From the NCBI RefSeq assembly GCF_001194135.2, contig NC_069001.1, forward strand, positions 35,704,623 to 35,768,622: a stretch of 64,000 nucleotides of DNA, in the 5' to 3' direction. The translations under genes and the position numbers were made by a program. Source of the DNA: Octopus bimaculoides (Eukaryota). Below are positions 14,509 to 27,420 of the stretch, piece after piece (the first letter of the stretch is position 1; every line of letters starts with the position of its first letter). The notes under the pieces are model-generated. The model was not told the DNA's origin and ran no database searches. It worked only from the letters and a program-made list of their open reading frames with translations.

Positions 14509-15798
14509 TTGTTCATGTATATGTGTGTATCCATGTCTTTCCATTTTAACTGTTTGGTGAGATTAGCGATTTGGTGTAATTAATAGTGCGAAAAAAAAAA
14601 AAAACTANNNNNNNNNNNNNNNNNNNNNNNNNNNNNNNNNNNNNNNNNNNNNNNNNNNNNNNNNNNNNNNNNNNNNNNNNNNNNNNNNNNNNNNNNNNNN
14701 NNNNNNNNNNNNNNNNNNNNNNNNNNNNNNNNNNNNNNNNNNNNNNNNNNNNNNNNNNNNNNNNNNNNNNNNNNNNNNNNNNNNNNNNNNNNNNNNNNNN
14801 NNNNNNNNNNNNNNNNNNNNNNNNNNNNNNNNNNNNNNNNNNNNNNNNNNNNNNNNNNNNNNNNNNNNNNNNNNNNNNNNNNNNNNNNNNNNNNNNNNNN
14901 NNNNNNNNNNNNNNNNNNNNNNNNNNNNNNNNNNNNNNNNNNNNNNNNNNNNNNNNNNNNNNNNNNNNNNNNNNNNNNNNNNNNNNNNNNNNNNNNNNNN
15001 NNNNNNNNNNNNNNNNNNNNNNNNNNNNNNNNNNNNNNNNNNNNNNNNNNNNNNNNNNNNNNNNNNNNNNNNNNNNNNNNNNNNNNNNNNNNNNNNNNNN
15101 NNNNNNNNNNNNNNNNNNNNNNNNNNNNNNNNNNNNNNNNNNNNNNNNNNNNNNNNNNNNNNNNNNNNNNNNNNNNNNNNNNNNNNNNNNNNNNNNNNNN
15201 NNNNNNNNNNTTGGTGGTGCTTGAGGGTGTGGTGATGGTTGTGCATGGTAGCAGTACCAGTAGCAGTGGTGGTGGTGGTGGTGATGGTGGTGGTGGTGGT
15301 GGTGGTGGTGGTGGCTGCAGTGATGTTGGCTCTCAGACAGTTTGTTGTCACTGTAGATGGTAAAAGAGGATGGAGGCAGAGAGCAGGGGGGGGAGGTGTG
15401 GTGATAGTGGTGGTGGTGGTGGGGACTGTGTTTTAAGCTATTGTCATGGTGACAGTAATAATGTGTGTGTGTGTGTGTGTGAACACACATACAACTGGCT
15501 CCACTCCATCACTCTTCTGATCCACCACCACCACCCTGTTCTTTATCTTTGGCTGCTTCTGTCTCTGTCAACCCCCCCTCTCTCTCTCTCCCTCCCTTCA
15601 CAAAGTCACATGTGATACATATCCTAGGCTCAGCCTTTTAATGCATTTATCTGTTCCGAACACCCCTATGTGGTCGCCTAATCTGCTAGAAATAGCAGTC
15701 AGAGCTTCCTCAAATCATGGTCTAACATCTCAAGGGAAGGAAGGACACATCGAATGAGGCAGCCATAATTATATACGCATAAAAGCCTGAATGAATGA

Positions 15799-15829
<31 letters not shown>

Positions 15830-16405
15830 GATAAATAAATAAAATGTAGTGATGATCAGGAATGGAATGTCTTTGATGGTTCATTTTGCTCAATCAGGGT
15901 TGACCTGGGGTTAAATAACAACAACAGCAGCAGCAATAACAGTATTAGCAACAAAAGCAACAATTTTCACTGCAGTTAGCAACAATTTCTAAAGGCCCAT
16001 GATCTCATTCCATTGCTATGACAACACGGGGGAACCGAATTAACGATGGAAGGGCCAGGAGGACCCTTTTGTTTAGGAAAATAATAATAAAATTTCATGT
16101 GTTGTCATCCTTGTTGTTTAGTCTCAGGTCAGGTCAGAACCCAGATTGAGCAGATTTACGATCAAGATCGAAAAGTGTTCCAGACATGACCATCCCATCT
16201 TTTTATTTCAGGCATTATGTAGTGTATCATCATCATCGTTTAACGTCCGTTTTCCATGCTGGCATGGTTTAGACGGTTTGACTGAGGTCTGGGGAGCCAG
16301 CAGCTACACCAGGCTCCAATCTGATCTGGCAGAATTTCTACAGCTGGATGCCCTTCTTAACGCCAACCATTCTGAGAGTGTAGTCGGTGCTTTTTACGTA
16401 ATATA

Positions 16406-16875
16406 TACTCTTTTACTTGTTTCAGTCATTTGACTGCGGCCATGCTGGAGCACTGCCTTTAGTCGAGCAAATCGACCCCAGGACTTATTCTTTGTAAGNN
16501 NNNNNNNNCATGCTGGAGCACTGCCTTTAGTCGAGCAAATCGACCCCAGGACTTATTCTTTGTAAGCCTAGTACTTATTCTATCGGCCTCTTTTGCCAAA
16601 CCGCTAAGTAACAGGGACATAAGCACACCAGCATCAGTTGTCAAGCGATGTTGGGGGGACAAACAGACACACAAACACACACACACACACACATATATAT
16701 ATACATATATACGACAGGCTTCTTTCAGTTTCCGCCTACCAAATCCACTCACAAGGCTTTGGTCGGCCTGAGGCTATAGTAGAAGACACTTGCCCAAGGT
16801 GCGACACAGTGGGACTGAACCCAGAACTATGTGCTTTGGAAGCAAGCTACTAACCATACAGCCAATCCTGTGCCT
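16406..16875 (-). mobile_element. Family B SINE, full copy
   Basis: Reverse complement of the 8607-9004 element; contains a 58 bp duplication across a 10-N gap. Confidence 0.85.
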
Positions 16876-17125
16876 GTTAGTTTTGTTTCAGATTCATTTT
16901 ATGGTTTTTATGGATCATATTTTGAATTACANNNNNNNNNNNNNNNNNNNNNNNNNNNNNNNNNNNNNNNNNNNNNNNNNNNNNNNNNNNNNNNNNNNNN
17001 NNNNNNNNNNNNNNNNNNNNNNNNNNNNNNNNNNNNNNNNNNNNNNNNNNNNNNNNNNNNNNNNNNNNNNNNNNNNNNNNNNNNNNNNNNNNNNNNNNNN
17101 NNNNNNNNNNNNNNNNNNNNNNNNN

Positions 17126-17319
17126 GACACGTAAAAGCACCCACTACACTCTCTGAGTGGTTGGCGTTAGGAAGGGCATCCAGCTGTACAAACTCTGCCA
17201 AATTAGATTGGAGCCTGGTGTTGCCATCCGGTTTCACCAGTCCTCAGTCAAATCGTCCAACCCATGCTAGCATGGAAAGCGGACGTTAAACGATGATGAT
17301 GATGATGATGATGATGATG
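17126..17319 (+). mobile_element. Family C retroposon
   Basis: Near-identical to the 41733 copy. Others at ~16226-16398(-), 27641-27872(+), 30740-30960(-), 36770-37140(-), 43250-43480(-), 43850-44030(+), 46230-46440(+), 46867-47140(-), 50150-50430(+), 57130-57260(+), 57643-57807(+). Confidence 0.8.
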
Positions 17320-17710
17320 GGGGCACCAGGACCTTTTAAACGCTTCAGGTCTCAATGCTTCTTAATTATGGGCCTGGCAGGGCATGACATGATACGAAGG
17401 ACATATGAGACCTGGCTTCTATTTCTGTTTAGGTGAGGGCCTACCTAGAAGCTTCCTCATTGACTCAGTGTGATGGTAAGTCAGAGGAGGAGGCGCAGGA
17501 ATGGATGCATTGTCTGAAGGAAGCAACTAGTCATCGAACAGTCAAAGACAGCCAATGTCTGGCTGAAGGAGGAAGGTCATCCCCTGTTGAGCTGGAATTC
17601 CTCATGATTTCTCTATCGGAATGGCATAATGGCATCAAACAAAGCCGCTTGTTGCAACCAAACAATGCAGTCAGTTATTGTGTGCACACACATGTAGCTA
17701 TGCATGGTTA

Positions 17711-17755
<45 letters not shown>

Positions 17756-19802
17756 CACATTTGTATATATGTGTGTATATGTTTCTATGTATGTATGTGT
17801 GTATGTATTTAGGCGGTGAGCTGGCAGAATCATNNNNNNNNNNNNNNNNNNNNNNNNNNNNNNNNNNNNNNNNNNNNNNNNNNNNNNNNNNNNNNNNNNN
17901 NNNNNNNNNNNNNNNNNNNNNNNNNNNNNNNNNNNNNNNNNNNNNNNNNNNNNNNNNNNNNNNNNNNNNNNNNNNNNNNNNNNNNNNNNNNNNNNNNNNN
18001 NNNNNNNNNNNNNNNNNNNNNNNNNNNNNNNNNNNNNNNNNNNNNNNNNNNNNNNNNNNNNNNNNNNNNNNNNNNNNNNNNNNNNNNNNNNNNNNNNNNN
18101 NNNNNNNNNNNNNNNNNNNNNNNNNNNNNNNNNNNNNNNNNNNNNNNNNNNNNNNNNNNNNNNNNNNNNNNNNNNNNNNNNNNNNNNNNNNNNNNNNNNN
18201 NNNNNNNNNNNNNNNNNNNNNNNNNNNNNNNNNNNNNNNNNNNNNNNNNNNNNNNNNNNNNNNNNNNNNNNNNNNNNNNNNNNNNNNNNNNNNNNNNNNN
18301 NNNNNNNNNNNNNNNNNNNNNNNNNNNNNNNNNNNNNNNNNNNNNNNNNNNNNNNNNNNNNNNNNNNNNNNNNNNNNNNNNNNNNNNNNNNNNNNNNNNN
18401 NNNNNNNNNNNNNNNNNNNNNNNNNNNNNNNNNNNNNNNNNNNNNNNNNNNNNNNNNNNNNNNNNNNNNNNNNNNNNNNNNNNNNNNNNNNNNNNNNNNN
18501 NNNNNNNNNNNNNNNNNNNNNNNNNNNNNNNNNNNNNNNNNNNNNNNNNNNNNNNNNNNNNNNNNNNNNNNNNNNNNNNNNNNNNNNNNNNNNNNNNNNN
18601 NNNNNNNNNNNNNNNNNNNNNNNNNNNNNNNNNNNNNNNNNNNNNNNNNNNNNNNNNNNNNNNNNNNNNNNNNNNNNNNNNNNNNNNNNNNNNNNNNNNN
18701 NNNNNNNNNNNNNNNNNNNNNNNNNNNNNNNNNNNNNNAAATGCAAAAAAAAATTGATAAAACATAAACCATGGCAAAGAAGAGTCTTGTAAGACCATTG
18801 ATGCATGAAGTAACTACAAGAATGACACATTTTGGTGACAGCAAGGGGTGGAGAGGGCATGGTGGAGTAGGCTAAGGCTGGAATGGGGGAAGCGTTTATT
18901 TATTTATTTATTTATTTATTTTCGAAGTTGACAAATTGAACAAAAAAGGATGTTTCAACAGATACACACACATACATACATACATGCACGTACACATTCA
19001 TACACACACACAAGTGTATATACTTACACATACGCACAAAAACATATACACACACATACACACATAAGCACTTACAAACATACACATAGACACACACAAA
19101 CACACGCACGTACACATGCATACTCACATATATGCTTACACGTATGCACTCGCACACACAAACATATACACACTTAAACACATACAAATGTGCACACACA
19201 CACACACACATTCAAACACACACAGACACGCACCTCTCATTCACATCCTTCCTCTCTCTCTTTCTTCTACTTCTCTCTCTCTCTTCTGCCTCCCTCTTTC
19301 TCTCTCCCTCTCTCATTCTTCTTTACAAATTCCGACATATTCTACTGAGGTGTAATAAGACATAAAATCTTAATTATTTGTAAATATTTGATATTTCACT
19401 CTAATGTTGCTTATTTTACTAAATTTTTTTTATTATTATTTATATTCATATTCTTACATTTTTACATTTCTTTATATATTTATCCATTTATTTATTTGTC
19501 GCTTTTCTCATTCGCTTCGTCTCTTCCACCATCCAGCGACCACAACAACAACAAAAACGGTGACAACCACCCCTTAATGGCTTCATATTTCCACCCAACC
19601 CTTGTCATTGCGTTTTTTTTTCATTTTCTTCGTTTTTTTTTTTCAGATTTTTTTTTCTGTTTGTGTTTTGCCTGTTTTTTAGGTTTCGTTTTGTTTCTTT
19701 TTATTCTTAGAGACATCTATATTTACATTCCTATCTTATTCCATTTGCGACATTCCTTCGAGATGGTTACACTCAGATATCCATATGTACATACATGTGT
19801 AC

Positions 19803-19833
<31 letters not shown>

Positions 19834-20035
19834 NNNNNNNNNNNNNNNNNNNNNNNNNNNNNNNNNNNNNNNNNNNNNNNNNNNNNNNNNNNNNNNNNNN
19901 NNNNNNNNNNNNNNNNNNNNNNNNNNNNNNNNNNNNNNNNNNNNNNNNNNNNNNNNNNNNNNNNNNNNNNNNNNNNNNNNNNNNNNNNNNNNNNNNNNNN
20001 NNNNNNNNNNNNNNNNNNNNNNNNNNNNNNNNNNN

Positions 20036-20075
<40 letters not shown>

Positions 20076-21232
20076 CACACGTATGAACATGTATGTGTAT
20101 ATATGTGCTTGTATATGTATATGCATATGTATTTATATATATATATACTTATATGTGTGCATATATGTATACACACACACATACATGCATATATATATGT
20201 GTCTGTGTTTTGTGGTGGTGAAGGAGAGAAATTATTCATTGCTAGATCAAATTAGTAAATAACATTCACACATGAATGACTTTCGTCTCTTACATCCCCA
20301 GCTGCCTCCTCCCCTTCTGTTTGCTACTCCCTGTCTCCTGTTCCATTAAACTAAGCAGTAAGGAGGGGGGGGGCGATAAATGGTTGACAATGGTGGTGGT
20401 GGTGGTGTCTGTAACTGTGACTGAGTGGGAGGTGGGTGCTAGAGAGAGAGGGAGTGATGGCAATGACAATGTTGATGGTGGTGGTGGTGGTCGTGGTGTG
20501 ATGACAGTAATGGTTGTGAACAACAAGCAAACAAAAAAATAATAATAATAAACAAGCATGGACAAATAAACAAAGGCATGAGATCAGTAAGGAAGAGACC
20601 TGGTTGGTGGTCATTCATTGGAATGAAGATGAGGAGGGGTGCGGAGAAGGAGGAACGGGGGGGGTCCCTGTGTGTGTGTGTGTGTGTGAGAGGAGGGGTT
20701 GGACACAGAGGGGTATGAACAAACGGAGGGGTGTTGTGTAGATAGGTGACCTGGCTGGTAATATTATCTGCAAAGAAAAAGGAAGAGAAAGAAAGAGAGA
20801 CAGACAGACAGACAGACAGACTGACAGAGACTGGTAAAAGTAACAAATATTTTCGTATCTCACCCCACCCCTCTCAGTCACATCCCACCCAACCACCCCT
20901 ACCATTCTATCATTGGCATGGGCATCCCTGTCACCTGCACCACCGCCAGCCTCCTTCCATCTTATAGAGTGAGATTTGTCACGGTGGTGGTCGTGGGTGG
21001 TGGTCGTGGTCGTGGTGAGAGTGGTAAGATGGCAAAAGCGATGACAAAACGACGGTGTTGACGATGACAATGGCAGCAGCAACAGCCCCAGACGTGGTCG
21101 GTTGGGTGGTGGTGGTGGTGGTGGCGGCGCTGGAGATCCGCCGGTCGCCGATTGTCATTGACGCAATCTGATCAACAACATCAATGACATCTCCAAATTA
21201 TGATATCTTTGATACCAAACAGGGCCATCGCT

Positions 21233-21360
21233 TCTCCACCTCTCCCCTTATCTATCAATCTATCTCTCCACCTCTCCCTTTATCTATCAATCTATCTATC
21301 CACCTCTCCCCTTATCTATCAATCTATCTACCCATCTCTCCCCTTATCTATCAATTTATC
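21233..21360. repeat. 32 bp minisatellite x4
   Basis: ccacctctccccttatctatcaatctatc(t) repeated four times. Confidence 0.9.
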
Positions 21361-21623
21361 TCTCTATCTCTCTATTTATCTCTCTCTCTCTAACTATCTA
21401 TTTATCTGTCTAGACATCTATATCTTTATCTCTGTTTCTCTCTCTCAATTTCTATACTGATGACCTTCACGACCACCTCCACCACTTGCCCTCCTCCCCA
21501 TCTTCTTTTCTATCCAAATTCCAATAGATAGATGAATAAATGGATGGATGGATGGATGATCGAATGGAATTTCTCCGTAAACACCATATTTATTCACACA
21601 CATATATGTATATGTGTGTGTGC

Positions 21624-21670
<47 letters not shown>

Positions 21671-22149
21671 TATATATATGGGCATTTGTATTCATTTGCT
21701 TTCCTGCATATTTTCCCTCTCCGACCCCCAAATCCCCTCCTAAACCAAGATGGAATCAATCAGTGCATGTTGGAACTCTTTTATATTTATCACACACAAA
21801 ATGTAAAACAAAATTGTTGTCAGTGATAAAAAAGAAAAGAAAAAAACTTTGCCTGTATAAACATATCTAGATATATTAAACATTACACATATTTGCAAAC
21901 CATTCACACACACACAGATATATCAATAATATATCACTCATATATACATCTATAACTGTGTAACCTTTGATGGTAGCTAATAGGTGCAGGTGTAGCTGTG
22001 TGGTAGAAAGTTTGCTTCCCAACCACATGGTTCTGGGTTCGATCCCACTGTGTGGTATCTTAGGCAAGTGCTTTTTACTATAGGCTCAAGCTGAACAAAG
22101 CTTTTGAGAATGAATTTGGGAACCCATCATAGATACATATATATAGATA

Positions 22150-22391
22150 CACAGTTAGTCAAAAGTCACCTGACAGTAAATTAAATCCTATTTCATTCTA
22201 AGATTAAAACAAAAAATTATTTTATATGAGACTTCGCTAATAAATAGACAAAGGTTGAAAAAAGAAACAGTGATTTTAATTAAGAGCATTCAATTATTAA
22301 ACATTCATAATTGGAATGAATAAATAAAATTGAATATTAAGTATTTATGGAATTTATGGATTTATTATCGAGTGACTTTTGGCCAACCCTG
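22150..22391. mobile_element. Tc1/mariner-type MITE (~242 bp), diverged
   Basis: TIRs tacacagttagtcaaaagtcacctga / tcgagtgacttttggccaaccctg (about 20/26); AT-rich interior. Confidence 0.65.
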
Positions 22392-22656
22392 TCTGTAACA
22401 TTTTGGACTAATGGGTATATTTCAATTAGTGTGTTACTGTGTTGAGTAAAGCACTGGCATGGTTTTGGCTACCTGGTGCCATCTGCAGTTGGGGTATATT
22501 CCCGTTGGATCTACTTCAGGAATTCCACTGTGTTGAGATAATAATTGGTTAGGGAAACAGAAGATGGATTTGGTATAGGTCTTTATGTTACAGAGTTATA
22601 CTAAATCCATGTTCTGTTTCCTTAATCAATTATTTTATATATATATATATAAATAT

Positions 22657-22709
<53 letters not shown>

Positions 22710-23539
22710 NNNNNNNNNNNNNNNNNNNNNNNNNNNNNNNNNNNNNNNNNNNNNNNNNNNNNNNNNNNNNNNNNNNNNNNNNNNNNNNNNNNNNNNNNNN
22801 NNNNNNNNNNNNNNNNNNNNNNNNNNNNNNNNNNNNNNNNNNNNNNNNNNNNNNNNNNNNNACCACCACTGTAGGTTTGTGTATGTTCCAATCACTTAGC
22901 AGTTTGGCAAAACAGACCAATAAATAAGTATGGATTTTCTTAGTTTCATCTTCATTGGATCCGCCGTTACCAACCGTATCCAAGGCTGATGGCATCACCT
23001 TTAGTTCCATGGTACTATCCTAAATGCCAAAACTGCAAATTCCTTTTGTCTGATGAAAGGGAAACTCCCAGCTCCCTTTGCACTGTATCAACCCGCTTTG
23101 TACCTTTCCTTACAAATACACACATACCCAAAAAAAAAAAAAAAGCACACACATTCTTGCATATATATTTTGTTTCAGTGTGTGTGTGTGTGTGTGTTTG
23201 CGATTAGGTCATTCGTTTAGGAGACACAACCTATTTCCATTATGAAGTCCCAATCAACCGTTCATTTCGTTACCGTACAAACATTAGTACCAAAACACTC
23301 CAGTTCCTATTGTTGTATTCGTTGCACTAACTCAGGCCTCGGTATTTTCATTAATCTAATTGCAAGTCAAACGAACACTTCACTCTAATAAGTTTATTGT
23401 TATTACTCTTATTATTATTATTGTTGTTGTTGTTGTTGTTGTTGCTAACGATGACAGTGAGTTGGCAGAATCATTAGAACATCAGAAAAAATGCATCACA
23501 GAATAAAGGAAAACGTTTTCTGCCAGTCATCATGAATAT

Positions 23540-23699
23540 CTCAGTTCCCATATCCTTCAGTCTCTTAGACAGCATTTTGGGGATTGTGCCAAGTGCACCA
23601 AAATACCATAAGAATAATTATCATCTCTGGCTTCTGCGATTTCTTCATTTCTTCATTTCTCTGGTTAGGTCCCGTTATTTCTCAGTTTTTCTCAATTTC
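23540..23699 (-). mobile_element. Decayed R4/Dong-like (restriction-endonuclease-type) non-LTR retrotransposon, C-terminal fragment
   Basis: Minus strand with frameshifts reads KTEK*RDLTREMKK...MIIILMV-GALGTIPKMLSKRLKDMGTEI, matching the KxxKYxDL...GALG motif of RLE-clade elements. Confidence 0.7.
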
Positions 23700-23910
23700 A
23701 AGGCAGTGAGCTGGCAGAATCGTAAGCACCCCAGGTGAGATGCTTAGCTAGATTTCATCTGTCTTTACATTCTGAGTTCAAATTCTGCCACGGTTGACTT
23801 TGCCTTTCATCCTTTCAGCTTTGACAAAATAAGTACCAGTTGAGTGCTGGGGGGGTCGATGTAATCGATTTATCCCCTCTTGTGAAATTGTTGGCTGTGT
23901 ACCAAAATTC
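23700..23910 (+). mobile_element. Family A SINE
   Basis: aaggcagtgagctggcagaatcgtaagc...gagttcaaattc... Further copies/fragments at ~3055-3125(+), 13105-13252(-), 13950-14098(+), 24172-24375(+), 38930-39080(+), 62650-62856(+). Confidence 0.8.
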
Positions 23911-25359
23911 TTCTTCTTCTTCTTTTTCTTCTTCTTCTTTTTTTTCTTCTTTTTCTTCTTCTTCTTCTTATTATTATTATTATTATCATTATTGTTGTTG
24001 TTGTTGTTGTATTTGGGGATGGTCAAAACAAATATAAAATATGGTCAAAACAAATATAAAAAGATATTATTATTATCATCATCATCATCATCATCAGTAG
24101 TAGTAGTAGTAGTAGTAGTATGGTGGTGGTGGTGGTGGTGGTGGTGGTGGTGGTGGTGGTGGTGGTGGTGGTGGTGAGCTGGCAGAGTTAGTACATCGGA
24201 TAAAATGCTAAGCAGCTGCACTTTTGGCTTTTTTTTGTGTTCAAATTCTATTTTGTAAACTTTACTTTTAATCCTCCTGGGGTCAATGATAAAAGTACCA
24301 GTTGAGCACCAGGGTCAACGAAAGCGACTTACCTCCTCCCTTGAACTTGCTGGCCTCGTGCCAAAATTTGAATCATCATCATAGTTTAGGAGAAAGCAGC
24401 TACAACCACGAGCATTTATGGACTCTGCTCCAGACTGGTCGCTAAGTTGATGTATTTTGATATTCATGTTCAACTGTTGCAAGGTGATGACTGCAGTAAA
24501 AACCATGAGGAAAGTAGGGAAGAGATTTCATTGGGATAAAGTTTTGAAGAGGAAGGGTTGGGTGGAATAAAACTCACAAAATGCGAGTTAGTTAGTGTGA
24601 GGCCTGACGTGGTTTAACTGGTGAAGAGGACTCAATATGGGCAGTGAAACAATGATAGATGACCATTGTGCTATGTGGCCTTGTCACGTAACAGAATCCT
24701 GCGCTTGCATTATCTTAACAACATCAAAGTTAGCAATATGACTGTCTTGATTAATGTGGAAGTGTTCAATAAGTTTGTTATCAGAATGATTGATAATTAA
24801 TTCTGAGAAAATATTGCATGAGAGGAAGTGATGTGAATTTATTTGAAGATAAAATGCTCCTGGCAACCACCTGCTGTTTCACATGTAAATTACATCAATG
24901 GTTGTACTAATAGAAACTTATGTTTGGTAGTACACTAACACAATTACATGCAATACTATTGCTGGAGTTAATTAAACAATTTATATAACTTTTGGGAATA
25001 GCTAACTTAATTAGGTTTTGCTTTTTTTTTTTTAATTAAGGAATTGAATTTTGTTACAGTTAAAGGAAAAATAATTTTTTTCTTTTTCGGTATTCAGTTT
25101 ATTTAAAACTTTATTTAAAACTTTATCTATGAAGAATGTCTTTCATTAAATATTCTGTTTACAGTCATAAAAAAGGTGAAAGTAAATTTTCTTAAAAAAC
25201 TGAAAGTAAATTGCAATAGAAACTGGAAGTGACATTCTATCATTTCATGTTAGCAGTGTATGTAACATAACCATTGTATAGAATGTACATATATTTAATA
25301 TATTATGAAAAAATCATACATGCATTTTATGTAAGATGAAAACAGCTACACTTCTTAGT

Positions 25360-25510
25360 CCTGATGTTTGTTGCTGACTACAGATGCTGGTGTGTTTGCG
25401 TTCGTGTGACTTTGCAGTTCAGCAAAAGAGATCAATAGAATAAGTACTAACTTACAAAGAATAAGTCCTAGGGTCAATTTCTTTGACTAAAAATCCGTTT
25501 AAGGCGGTGC
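25360..25510 (+). mobile_element. Family B 3'-module-only copy
   Basis: gatgctggtgtgtttgcg...gaataagtactaacttacaaagaataagtcc...ggcggtgctccagcatggctgcagtc. Others at ~3285-3425(+), 4500-4610(-), 27905-28005(+), 42545-42710(+). Confidence 0.7.
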
Positions 25511-25599
25511 TCCAGCATGGCTGCAGTCATTCATCAGAACAGTACACCTCAGCTGCAACTTTTGGAATACCTAAAGAACATCACTAGAAGGTACAAAAT

Positions 25600-25860
25600 A
25601 TAAATCATAGTAAATCCCAAAAAACGAACAACGCGAGGACGTGGTACATGTAAAGTATTAGCAGATGCTCAGGGAAGAAAAGAAAGATGGTTTAACGTTT
25701 CGAGCAAAGCTCTTCTTCAGAAACAGAGGAAAGTCCAATAGAAAAGGAAGACGGAGGAAAAAAAATAGTCAACGATTCACATGTGGTTACATTTTGAAAT
25801 GTGTTGGTGTATCTTAGGCAACATGGTTAGAATGTAACAAGACAAAGGGTAATATAATTA
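25600..25860 (-). mobile_element. Penelope-like element terminal repeat relic
   Basis: Contains a hammerhead-type motif at 25690-25724 in the pyrimidine-rich context typical of PLE pLTRs. Confidence 0.55.
25690..25724 (-). ncRNA. Minimal type I hammerhead ribozyme motif
   Basis: Minus strand GUUU-CUGAAGA-A-GAGC-UUU-GCUC-GAAAC-GUU-AAAC: intact CUGANGA/GAAA core, 4 bp helix II, 4 bp helix I, loopless ACGU helix III. Confidence 0.6.
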
Positions 25861-26786
25861 GAAGAAGAGATTAGGGAGGTAAACGAGGAGGGTGAAATAG
25901 AATATAATAAAACGAAATAGAAAGTAAGAGGAAATACTTATTAATCTACTTTTATATCTGTGAACCTTTTGTATGTTCTTAATCTCTTACATCCACGAAG
26001 CTTTAAAACTTATAAATTCCTAAATCAATTTTGCAATATTTAACCTGCCTCTGCCTCCTTCTACTCTACTACTTTTTACTTTATATTGTATTTTATCTTG
26101 TTTTATTTCATTTTAATTTAGTTTAGTTTACCTCTACTCCTTTACTTTCCAAACCTCTCCTACAAACAGTGTTTCCTTGTTATCTTACAATAATATACGT
26201 GATATCTGTGGATGTAGCACAATGAAGGAAACTATAGAAACTACCAGTTTCTATAGCAATTTACTTTCACGTTTTTTAGGACAATTTACTTGCACTATTT
26301 TATTACCATAAACTGCATGTTAACCCATTCATCTTCTTCTCAGTGGTTTTGGTATTAAACGAAATACAAATATGAATGAAAATATTAACCCTCTCTTGGG
26401 GTTGTTAATTTCCGTGAGAGCAATATCGTCGATGTATGTAATATGGACAAACAGTTGAATTAGGTCACACGTTCATTCAAGGTTTATATTTTCTTTTTTA
26501 ATTTGTATATTATAGCTTCTTCCTCTTATTTTGTTCTTCCTTTTCCTTTTCTGTATTAATGAGATCAACTTATAACTTGCTTGTTAGCAAGTGGTTAGTT
26601 TTGTAAATAAATTGAATTAAAACAAGTCAATTAGAAAGTAATTAATACTGCAGTGTAAGCAGTTAGTTTACCTGATATTTAATATTATAATTAACTAAAC
26701 TGAAAATTTCTGCAAGTAATTTGAGAAAAGTTTAGATTTGTTAAATTAAAATTTAATCCATTCATTTCCCATTTTCATAATTAATT

Positions 26787-26819
<33 letters not shown>

Positions 26820-27345
26820 GGTATTAATGTGCGAGATCAAATAGGGGACAATAAAATAGCCTCACATTTCACAGGGTGACAAATGTTTTAGAAGCAGATA
26901 TGTTTGCTTTTAAAATTGAAGACTTTATTTGAAAAACATCCATTTTTCAGAAAGAAGGTGGGTGGAGGAACACTTCTGTAGTTATACAGGAAATTTTTAT
27001 CCTTATAATAGAAACATTCTCAAAAGAAAAAAAAAGGAGGTATTAAAAAGTTTTCTGTTAAAACATTTCCTTTAATTAGGAGAAACAATTATTTGCTGTC
27101 CTTTTGTCTGTTGTGAGTAGACAAAAAATATAATTGCCATTAGTGAGACAAGGGTTTCTTTGACTAACAAGCAAACACACACACACATACACAAACACAC
27201 ACACACACACACACACACATACACATATATATAAGCACATACACACACATACTCATACAGAAACACATGGAGACATGCATACTCACAATCACACACACTT
27301 TTTGAGCTCCTCTTGTATAACTACATGGTTCGAATGACTCAAAGC

Positions 27346-27420
27346 CATGGTTCCCAACATGGGGCCCGTGGATCCCTGGTTGTCCTCAAAGCTAGTACTG
27401 GGGGTCCGTAAACTACAGGG
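27346..27420 (+). mobile_element. Possible hAT/Charlie-like MITE end
   Basis: ccatggttcccaacatggggcccgtggatccct...gggggtccgt resembles CAGTGGTTCCCAA..GGGGTCCG ends; no second TIR found. Confidence 0.35.

Noticed and set aside
16441-16566. 58 bp exact tandem duplication
   Set aside because: It straddles a 10-N gap, so it is an unmerged contig overlap.
26410-26445. YIDDI motif on the minus strand upstream of the Penelope-like repeat
   Set aside because: Flanking residues do not resemble PLE RT (WxRYIDDIF), so a 5-residue match is insufficient.
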